Shown: one piece after another, positions 57,044 to 64,000 of the stretch
Layout: every line of letters begins with the position of its first letter
Numbering within the stretch: position 1 is the first letter of the stretch
Source of the DNA: a virus
Direction: 5' to 3' (one strand)
Length of the DNA stretch: 64,000 nt
Virus record (IMG/VR): IMGVR_UViG_3300042691_030776
Notes under the pieces: generated by a model
The model's database searches: none
The model's input: only the letters and a program-made list of their open reading frames with translations
Told to the model about the DNA's origin: nothing
Program-made: the position numbers and the translations under genes

Positions 57044-58651
57044 TTAGGTTATCTCCTGCCACTCTACGCTGGCATACACGTCTTGATTAGTACCGGTGGT
57101 GGCCATGGTTATTACATATTCGTAGGCTACGCCAGTGAATGGCTCTCTCTCCAGTTGATACTCAAATGTGAACACTTCTTGTGTGGGTGCCCCAGCAGTT
57201 TGATTTGAACTGTTGATGAATGATTGTTCGGCAATGTCTCCTGACACTATAGCCGTGGGTGCGAGATTGTATTGTACTGAACTGTCGGCTGCTGAGTCTA
57301 CCCAGCTACCACCCGAAGTAATGGCTTTTTTATAAACACGGAACTGAAACAAACTTTGGGCTATAGGAACTAATGAATAGTTTATAGGAATGACCACAGA
57401 ATTGAGTCTGTTGCTTTTGAGTCGAATAGCTATCACAGGTTTGAAACTTTGATCGTTAGGCAGTGTTATCGGAGAGCCGATCAAGTGCGAGGCCGCACGA
57501 GGATTACCCGAACCTGATAACTGGAATCCGCCTTCTGAAATCACTGTACTACAGATCTGTGTCATCATGCTGGCACCAGTGGTGGCACCAGTATTGGTTA
57601 TTTCATAGCGTATGGGCAAGCTGGCTGTAGTCATATAGACCTTGGTATTGCCCAGCTGATTGGCATGATTAAAAGTGTGGCAAGTAATAAACACACCATC
57701 AATGACAAATCCCACACGGACCGATCCCACACCCAGCCACTCTACGTCAGCCCACTGGATCTGTGTTCGTTGTGGATAAAGATTTATACCATTGGGATTG
57801 TTAGCATTGACTACCCCAAGCAGTTGATTGCCATTCCAAGCATCCTGACGCACACGTTCTTCTACTCCTGTTGATCCTGAACGGATCACAAAATAGTTAT
57901 AAGTACCGTCGTTTTCAAAGAACACACCGTCGTTGGCATCAAACAAGCCCACACGCTGGCGTAGATTGGTCTTGGGTTCGTTCATGCAAAAAGTGTTCAG
58001 TGTGAGTTGGCTCTTGCCTGGTTGGTAAGGAAATGGTTTCAGTGTTTCTCTCAACACGCTGTCGCCTGACGTTGACCCTACATTGAGCTGGAATGAACTT
58101 TGATTCTGAACATAAACTACGTTGCCTGTGCCCGACACATTGCTGGCAAACTGGCCATGATCGTAGTAACGAGCTTGTGTGTCAAACAAGGTAAATGGAT
58201 TGCTTACACGCAAGCGGCCAAACGCATCTGATGTGGTTCCATTAAAGCCAGAAATGATCACGTTGGCATCGTCAGCCAACACTACATTAGCTGTGCCTGA
58301 AATCCCCACGTTGCCCGACACCACCCATGGATCTGTGCCTTGTGTGACGTTGACGTTACCCGTGATTCCTACATTGCCTGATGTGATAGCCACATTGGTA
58401 TTGCCAGTAATGACCCAAGGATCTGTACCTTGCAACACCGTGACATTGCCTATCACCGACACAGGCATTGAGTTTCCTGACAAATCGATGTTGCCCAATG
58501 CTCCAATAGACACGTTGCCAATCGAGACGTTGCCAATCAAGGCCGCGTTGGTACGTACAAACACATTGCCTGTGGCTTCGTCTAGTTCCAAAGCCTGTGT
58601 TATGTTACGCAGATACCATGGTGCGACTTCAGTTGGGTTTGGTGTAGCCAT
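57044..58651 (-). CDS. Probable virion fibre/structural protein
   Basis: N-terminal GNV beta repeats (QGTDPWV x2), DAFGRLRVS, lectin-like C-terminal domain. Confidence 0.6.
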   Translation of the reverse strand: MATPNPTEVAPWYLRNITQALELDEATGNVFVRTNAALIGNVSIGNVSIGALGNIDLSGNSMPVSVIGNVTVLQGTDPWVITGNTNVAITSGNVGITGNVNVTQGTDPWVVSGNVGISGTANVVLADDANVIISGFNGTTSDAFGRLRVSNPFTLFDTQARYYDHGQFASNVSGTGNVVYVQNQSSFQLNVGSTSGDSVLRETLKPFPYQPGKSQLTLNTFCMNEPKTNLRQRVGLFDANDGVFFENDGTYNYFVIRSGSTGVEERVRQDAWNGNQLLGVVNANNPNGINLYPQRTQIQWADVEWLGVGSVRVGFVIDGVFITCHTFNHANQLGNTKVYMTTASLPIRYEITNTGATTGASMMTQICSTVISEGGFQLSGSGNPRAASHLIGSPITLPNDQSFKPVIAIRLKSNRLNSVVIPINYSLVPIAQSLFQFRVYKKAITSGGSWVDSAADSSVQYNLAPTAIVSGDIAEQSFINSSNQTAGAPTQEVFTFEYQLEREPFTGVAYEYVITMATTGTNQDVYASVEWQEIT

Positions 58652-59037
58652 TATCGTGGATATCCTTTAAATGCTTTGATTGGACTGTTTTTAGCTACAA
58701 ACTCTGGCTCGTCACTCTCTGGAGTTGACACTATTCGTTTACCACCGGGGGTACCAGTCATCCTCAGTGCGGCATCTATCACAGGCTTTATACCTGCATT
58801 CATACCTACTACTACGCCGTGTTCGCCAAACGGAGTTTCTTTTGACCAATCAGGTTTATATGGATTGACATCGTCTGGTTTGTTGTCGGCTCTGGCACGA
58901 GCCATGGCCACACCAAATCTATAGTTATTGTAAGGATTAGACGCACTGAGTCCCGGAAGCACATAAGTTTGTCGCATAGGAGCGGCTTGCTCTGGCGCAA
59001 GATCGTGTTGTTCAGTGATGAACTCACGAGCTCTCAT
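58651..59037 (-). CDS. Putative internal head protein (paralog 1)
   Basis: MRAREFITE...SPIKAFKGYPR. Confidence 0.65.
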   Translation of the reverse strand: MRAREFITEQHDLAPEQAAPMRQTYVLPGLSASNPYNNYRFGVAMARARADNKPDDVNPYKPDWSKETPFGEHGVVVGMNAGIKPVIDAALRMTGTPGGKRIVSTPESDEPEFVAKNSPIKAFKGYPR

Positions 59038-59405
59038 CTTGGATATCCTCGAAATCCCTTGATAGGACTCACACGATTGACATCCTTCATTTCTTCTGAA
59101 TCCATATCTCCGTTGTTGACGTCATCATATTCTGCCCCGGCAGCACGGAACGCTTGCTTCAGCATATTTTGTTCTTCTTGCGTGTAAGGGTGTGCTGTCC
59201 TACGAGTGCCCACCCAACTCTGTTGATCCATATCAATAGGAGCATCGCTGCCGTCGGCAGATGCTACGGCCATCATCACACGATTTAATACATAGTCTGA
59301 GTTAGTTCTTTTACGATCTCGGAAAAGATCCAGGCCACGAGTGGCTTGTTGATGCCTGTGACTTATTTTCGCCTTGCGCTCAATGATAAACTCACGTGCT
59401 CGCAT
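59034..59405 (-). CDS. Putative internal head protein (paralog 2)
   Basis: MRAREFIIE...SPIKGFRGYPR. Confidence 0.65.
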   Translation of the reverse strand: MRAREFIIERKAKISHRHQQATRGLDLFRDRKRTNSDYVLNRVMMAVASADGSDAPIDMDQQSWVGTRRTAHPYTQEEQNMLKQAFRAAGAEYDDVNNGDMDSEEMKDVNRVSPIKGFRGYPR

Positions 59406-59407
59406 AT

Positions 59408-59686
59408 TTAGAACACGCTTTCTTGAGCCGAACTTGCTGTTCCTATTTCAAGTGCAGTAAAGTCTGAACCAGCGACTGTTACTTTGTTGCCTGCGCCAGC
59501 GTAGACTTCAAAAACAGTATTGGCTGGAATGTTGATGGGATTTGAATAAATGTTGCCCACAGCCGCGGCAGATCCCAATGCAGTGGCATAGGCTTGATAT
59601 GTCACTGCACTTGTAGTAGTGGTTATCTGTAGTTTGTCTGTATAGACTGTGGCATTAGCCAGTGATGTATATACGTTTGCGGCCAT
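59408..59686 (-). CDS. Small virion-type beta protein
   Basis: 92 aa, A/T-rich, RBS upstream. Confidence 0.6.
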   Translation of the reverse strand: MAANVYTSLANATVYTDKLQITTTTSAVTYQAYATALGSAAAVGNIYSNPINIPANTVFEVYAGAGNKVTVAGSDFTALEIGTASSAQESVF

Positions 59687-59701
59687 TTTCTTTTTTCCTC
59701 T

Positions 59702-60337
59702 TTACCACGCACGGCAAGACCAATATCTTGCCTTGGTTCTTGGTCCTGGGTTGTCGCAGTTGTGTCTAGCACGGAAGCTCTTACGACGAGCAGGATTTGA
59801 TTTTTTAATCTTCATGGTCTTCTGGCCGGCACGTTTAGCTGATGTGCCACCGTGACCAAAGTTTACTTTCTTGATGTTACCTGAGCTGGGATCACGAACA
59901 TACACTTTGAATTTCTTGACATCGCCGCGCATGGGTTTGCCTAACGGCACGTTACGACCTTGGTATTCGGCTTCGTCAACACCAATGGGATCTTGTGGGC
60001 CTGTTCCTTGTGGTGCTGGTATGCCAACATCACTGCCTGGTTCTTCTTCAGTGGGGTCTTCGCTGACCAATACATCATCCACGCTCATTTCTTCGTCTAC
60101 ACACCCACAGGCTTCTTGCATGCATTCTGAACAGATATCTTCTACTGCATAACCATAGCTTTCTAAAATACCAATGAGCTTTTCATCAGCTTCGATGCAA
60201 AGTCTATCTTCTTCAACAGCGATAATATGGCTTTCGATCAAACAATCTTCTTTGATGTTGATCGCAAAGTCATCGCCTATTGCTGGGTTGTCTACCCACT
60301 GTTCAGATTCAACGATGTATTCTTTTAGTGATTTCAT
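59702..60337 (-). CDS. Putative internal head protein with basic C-terminal domain
   Basis: MKSLKEYIVE; EAEYQGRNVPL...RRKSFRARHNC...YWSC. Confidence 0.7.
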   Translation of the reverse strand: MKSLKEYIVESEQWVDNPAIGDDFAINIKEDCLIESHIIAVEEDRLCIEADEKLIGILESYGYAVEDICSECMQEACGCVDEEMSVDDVLVSEDPTEEEPGSDVGIPAPQGTGPQDPIGVDEAEYQGRNVPLGKPMRGDVKKFKVYVRDPSSGNIKKVNFGHGGTSAKRAGQKTMKIKKSNPARRKSFRARHNCDNPGPRTKARYWSCRAW

Positions 60338-62127
60338 TGTGCTTTAAACTGTTTATAAAGGCTGGTCAAATGAGACTCTATATCTGCTTCTTCTTGCACA
60401 CGCACGGCTGTGACCGGAACCGTGGTCTGACCATTGCCAGCAATGTCTCGTTTTTCTTTGTTCAATCCACCTGCTATGGTCTTGGTCATGTACTCTGTGC
60501 TTTGCACTTCTGGTTCTGGACTGTTGGCAACATCTTCTTCCATTTGCTCGCAACCACATCCTTGCTGGCCGCAAACAGGGCAAGTTTCTTTGTAGCCGCC
60601 AGCGGAACCAAGACCGGCTAGTTTGAGAATCTGTGCTAGTTTTACTGCATCTTCGTCTGTGGCATTGACCGAGAGACTTTTTGTACCATCTTCGCCCATG
60701 CTCATGTTGATGCTCATGCCTTCTGACAGCATGTTGAGTTTCTTTTCAAAACTTTCTGCGATCTGGCTTTCGTAAACACCTTTGCCAAATATCATACCTT
60801 TTTTACCTTTGCCGCCTGTGGGTGCCGGTGCTACTGATCCCGCTACTGTTGACTCTTCGGTTTCTTCCTTCTTTTTCTTTTCAGGAAGACCTTTGTGTTT
60901 AGTTTTTGCAAAATCTTCAACATCGCCCTTCTTCATTGTACGGGCAACTTTTTTAAGCTCAGGACTTGCGCCTCTGATCTTTTCACCTTTTTGCATGGCA
61001 TGTGCCATACCCATGAAACGTTGTTGCTTTTTGCTTACGGCTTTTTCAGCAACAGGCATTTCTTCGCCACGTTCGGCTTCTTGGCTGGACATATAGTCAC
61101 GTGCTGTGTCAATGTAATCCATGGCCTTGGTAATCTTTGATTGCACCCACTCTGGTAAGTTCTGATCATCGCCTAGGATATCATGCAGTTCTTTGGCAGC
61201 GGCTTCAATGGTATGAAGTTGTTCTTTGGCCATGTCGCCTTCACGATCATATTCACCACGATCCACTAACTGTGTTTCGTCTTCTTTCATCTTGAGAAGT
61301 TTGCTACGACCTGTGGGACCTTTGGCTCCTAGTTTGCGACCTGTGCCTGCTGGACGACCTTTTTTCTTAGGACCATCGTCTTTGGTCTTGGATTTTTTCT
61401 TTGCCTTGAGATTACCATGTTCGTCATAGTCATCATCTGACGTGTCGTCACGGTCGCTACGGTATCCATACTTCTTGTGTATGTTACGCTCGCTTTCGGG
61501 ATCTTTCTGATTCTTGCTCATGGCACCTTGTAAGCCTTTGAGCAACTTCATGTCTAGTTCTTCAAGATTACCTTCGCGTACAGTTTCCATGTCTCCATCG
61601 CCGTCAAGGTCGGCTTTCTTTAGTCCAGCGGCACGAGCTTTCATCAAGTTGCCTGTGAACTTGTTGCCTTCTTCCATGTCGGCTTCGTCCATCTTATCAT
61701 ACTTGGCACGAATGTTAGCCATTTTGTCTTTGCTGGCGCCTTCACGACCGGCCTTCTGCAACGCCTTCATACCAGTTTCGCCATATTTCTTTTTGCCTAG
61801 ATATGCTTGCAGTGCGCTTTCATCCATGCCACTCTCTTCCACATCTTCTTTGGCTCGCAGTTTCTTCAACACAGCGCCAGCAACTTTTTCACCGCGCTCT
61901 GCTGAGCCATAGGCCTTGCCGGCCTTGGCAGCGATTGTGGCAAATGCTTTGCCTGGCTTGCCAATGTCTTTGCCAGCACGAGCGGCCTTGGCGCTATAAT
62001 CAGCTTCTTCCATTTTACCTTTGCCATCTTCAGCATAGTCAGGAATACCATTTTTGTTGGCATCTGGTCGTTTACTTTCCAGCAAGTTCATCTTACCTAG
62101 TATGTCATACATGTTGTTCATTTTCAT
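60334..62127 (-). CDS. Multi-module charged prohead/internal polyprotein
   Basis: Modules separated by (M/V/L)xE sites; PEWVQSKI, AVSKKQQRFMG, KKKGRP AT-hook; start refined to ATG 62127. Confidence 0.6.
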   Translation of the reverse strand: MKMNNMYDILGKMNLLESKRPDANKNGIPDYAEDGKGKMEEADYSAKAARAGKDIGKPGKAFATIAAKAGKAYGSAERGEKVAGAVLKKLRAKEDVEESGMDESALQAYLGKKKYGETGMKALQKAGREGASKDKMANIRAKYDKMDEADMEEGNKFTGNLMKARAAGLKKADLDGDGDMETVREGNLEELDMKLLKGLQGAMSKNQKDPESERNIHKKYGYRSDRDDTSDDDYDEHGNLKAKKKSKTKDDGPKKKGRPAGTGRKLGAKGPTGRSKLLKMKEDETQLVDRGEYDREGDMAKEQLHTIEAAAKELHDILGDDQNLPEWVQSKITKAMDYIDTARDYMSSQEAERGEEMPVAEKAVSKKQQRFMGMAHAMQKGEKIRGASPELKKVARTMKKGDVEDFAKTKHKGLPEKKKKEETEESTVAGSVAPAPTGGKGKKGMIFGKGVYESQIAESFEKKLNMLSEGMSINMSMGEDGTKSLSVNATDEDAVKLAQILKLAGLGSAGGYKETCPVCGQQGCGCEQMEEDVANSPEPEVQSTEYMTKTIAGGLNKEKRDIAGNGQTTVPVTAVRVQEEADIESHLTSLYKQFKAQ

Positions 62128-62131
62128 TTCC

Positions 62132-62734
62132 TTATCTGGCTGAGCTGTGTACAGCTGGTATTTTGTTTTTTCCACCAATGGGACTCTTGTCTCCCATTGG
62201 GAAGTCGTCTGTGGTCACTGCTGGTGGAGTCTTACCTCCAGCCACAGTAAACGAACTCTTGTAAGCGTTCTTGACCACAACTTGATGTTCTTTAGGGGCT
62301 GCAGAATAATCTTTTTTAAGATCACGTTGCTGTTTATCAGGGGCAGGATAATCAGTATCAGTGAGAAGATTTTTGCTTTCAGCATCTTGCTTGACTGCTT
62401 CTTGTTCGGCACTGTCAGCATACTGTTTATCAAGTATGCAGATGCGATTGGGATCCAGACCTAGTAACTCAGCTATCTGGGTGATCTGTGGTGGAGTTGC
62501 TGGATAGTTAAATGTTACATCAACGAATGTCATGCTTTCGTTTGGATACTTGGGAAAATCAGGCAGATTTTTCTGCACTGGTGTTTTCTTGGCATCAGTC
62601 ATTGACACCACATCAAACTGCTTGAGTTTTTCTTTGAACCCAGCCATGAAACCAGGAGGTAAATCTCCTGCTATTTTGATGCGATAATCGTATGTTTGTT
62701 TAGATTCTGTTAGGTATTCTGCAAAAGTTTTCAT
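62132..62734 (-). CDS. Putative head protein with capsid-targeting-like N-terminus
   Basis: MKTFAEYLTE; TAAATA and RBS upstream. Confidence 0.65.
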   Translation of the reverse strand: MKTFAEYLTESKQTYDYRIKIAGDLPPGFMAGFKEKLKQFDVVSMTDAKKTPVQKNLPDFPKYPNESMTFVDVTFNYPATPPQITQIAELLGLDPNRICILDKQYADSAEQEAVKQDAESKNLLTDTDYPAPDKQQRDLKKDYSAAPKEHQVVVKNAYKSSFTVAGGKTPPAVTTDDFPMGDKSPIGGKNKIPAVHSSAR

Positions 62735-62759
62735 ATCAATCCCCTATATCATATTTAGC

Positions 62760-63245
62760 CTATTCAGGCTTCTTTGGTTGTTCGCGTCGTACCAAACGAT
62801 CCAGCAGTTCATTGCGATCCAAGATATGTCCTGTGCCTGTTGTAACCGTGGGCCCATCGTCGGCAGCGTCTCTGTCCATCTTTGCTTTTTGCAACTGTAG
62901 TTGTATCATCTTGAGTTTTTTGTTCATCTTGGCTGTTTTGGCAGTGATGGCATGGCCTAGCATGGCTCCGGCCACAGCAAAAATCTCAGAAGCATATCTA
63001 CTGTCAACTTGCATACCCAGATCCATGAGACTATCGTAGCTTTCTGTGGCTTTTTTGGCCAGCTCGTCCATTTCTGTATCTGACGCTTCTAACCCTTTTA
63101 CTGTGGGCAGTGCAGATTCTATCTTGTCCAAGGTGGCCAAAGATTCGGGCAGTATAGGGAGCACGGGTTCTGACGGCGTTTGATCGTCTAGAGATTCATC
63201 CTCTTTGCGAGGAAGATCAAACAGTTCTTCAAGTTTTCGAGTCAT
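62760..63245 (-). CDS. Probable terminase small subunit (gp16-like)
   Basis: Helical core, SRYASEIFAVA..., next to gp4-like gene. Confidence 0.45.
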   Translation of the reverse strand: MTRKLEELFDLPRKEDESLDDQTPSEPVLPILPESLATLDKIESALPTVKGLEASDTEMDELAKKATESYDSLMDLGMQVDSRYASEIFAVAGAMLGHAITAKTAKMNKKLKMIQLQLQKAKMDRDAADDGPTVTTGTGHILDRNELLDRLVRREQPKKPE

Positions 63246-63261
63246 GCGGGTATTTACCGCA

Positions 63262-63696
63262 TTATTTCTTGCCGTTACGGAAGATATCGTCTTCGGTGAT
63301 CACACGGAACTGTATACCTTGACGGCGACACCACTTGGTGGCCGCGTCCCATTTGGCATAGTTTACAGCAACAATGGCGCGGTCTCGTACCGACGCTTTG
63401 CTTTCTAGTATGCTTTGTTTCTTGGGCTTGATCTCAATGAGTTCAGTTTTCACTGTGTTGTCACGTGTGCGGTACTGTATTAAGAAATCAGGAATATAGT
63501 TGGTCATCTTTCCTGTGAGTGGATTACGATATGGAATAGATATAGATTCGCTGGCCCAGCCCACGATGCTGTCATTGTTGTCGCAAAATCGCATGAAAGC
63601 ATGTTCCCATCCAGATCGGTATTTGGGTTTGCTTTTGCCCATATACTTCTGTGGATTAACGACTTCAAAGAATCCTTGTGCGTAGTTCCTGCTCAT
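63262..63696 (-). CDS. Head completion nuclease (T4 gp4, TnsA-like)
   Basis: NPQKY, YRSGWE, WASE, YIPDF, EIKP, N.AKW. Confidence 0.88.
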   Translation of the reverse strand: MSRNYAQGFFEVVNPQKYMGKSKPKYRSGWEHAFMRFCDNNDSIVGWASESISIPYRNPLTGKMTNYIPDFLIQYRTRDNTVKTELIEIKPKKQSILESKASVRDRAIVAVNYAKWDAATKWCRRQGIQFRVITEDDIFRNGKK

Positions 63697-64000
63697 GGTA
63701 ATACATTACGAGCCGCATAGAAGTTAGGAGTGACTAACGCATTGATTCCCAACAGTGTAGCATTGCTACGTTGATTGTTGAGATAATAACACAGTGTTGA
63801 ACTCAACTCCAGTTGGTCTTGTCCTTGTATCTCTGCCAAAAGATCCATCACAGGTCTTTTGCTATAGTCTGCCACTTGGAATAAACTTACTGTAAAGTTT
63901 TGAGCCGCAAGTTTGTCTTTGAATGTTCTGTTGAAATAGCTGAGCACTGCGTCATATTGATCAACTGGAACTTCTATTTCAAAAGTATAGAATCGATCAA
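63693..64000 (-). CDS. Hypothetical protein (5' end off window)
   Basis: Frame stays open from 63947 to window end (DRFYTFEIEVPVDQYDAVLSYF...). Confidence 0.65.
   Translation of the reverse strand, partial: DRFYTFEIEVPVDQYDAVLSYFNRTFKDKLAAQNFTVSLFQVADYSKRPVMDLLAEIQGQDQLELSSTLCYYLNNQRSNATLLGINALVTPNFYAARNVLP

Noticed and set aside
58300-58460. Repeated GGATCTGT(G/A)CCTTG segments as a DNA repeat or DGR element
   Set aside because: They encode the QGTDPWV protein repeats; no reverse transcriptase in the window
366-63685. Many plus-strand ORFs of 60-190 aa opposite long minus-strand genes (e.g. 4839-5393, 8593-9135, 34583-35155, 58179-58670)
   Set aside because: Antisense shadows of well-supported genes, with no motifs or RBS
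63262-63696. TnsA-like nuclease as a Tn7 transposon
   Set aside because: Matches the T4 gp4 head-completion family; no tnsB/tnsC or terminal repeats
1-64000. Stop-codon reassignment, introns or inteins in nrdA, terL, helicase or uvsX, and tRNA genes
   Set aside because: Core genes are full length and uninterrupted in the standard code, and TAG, TGA and TAA all end genes; no cloverleaf seen in the few short intergenic gaps (by eye only)

Overview
64 kb segment of a large T4-superfamily-like (jumbo myovirus-type) dsDNA phage genome. It uses the standard genetic code and is densely coding, almost entirely on the minus strand. Core genes: ATP-dependent DNA ligase, class Ia RNR (nrdA/nrdB) with glutaredoxin, gp41-like helicase, gp61-like primase, UvsW, UvsX, UvsY, gp32 SSB, gp17 large terminase, probable small terminase, gp4 head-completion nuclease and a PAAR spike. 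Host-like auxiliary genes are iscU, iscA and a class II aldolase; these and the sigma70 promoters suggest a proteobacterial host. A large, dispersed modification toolkit is threaded through the core operons: about 9 glycosyltransferase-like genes, 4 SGNH-fold genes, 4 methyltransferases, 3 radical SAM enzymes, an amidinotransferase and 2OG-Fe(II) oxygenases. Main observations: (1) a hairpin in the 3' UTR of the early AAA ATPase gene exposes an anti-Shine-Dalgarno loop complementary to its own RBS/start codon and to the RBS of another early gene 32 kb away with a near-identical promoter, a candidate 3'-UTR sRNA circuit; (2) a 191-aa miniature DnaE retains all three catalytic Asp; (3) several proteins start with T4 capsid-targeting-like N-termini, including a nucleotidyltransferase/ligase-fold fusion; (4) late TAAATA promoters give apparently leaderless mRNAs, and some are nested inside sigma70 promoters. 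I saw no tRNA, CRISPR array, intron or intein. All protein calls come from motif recognition by eye, not database searches.
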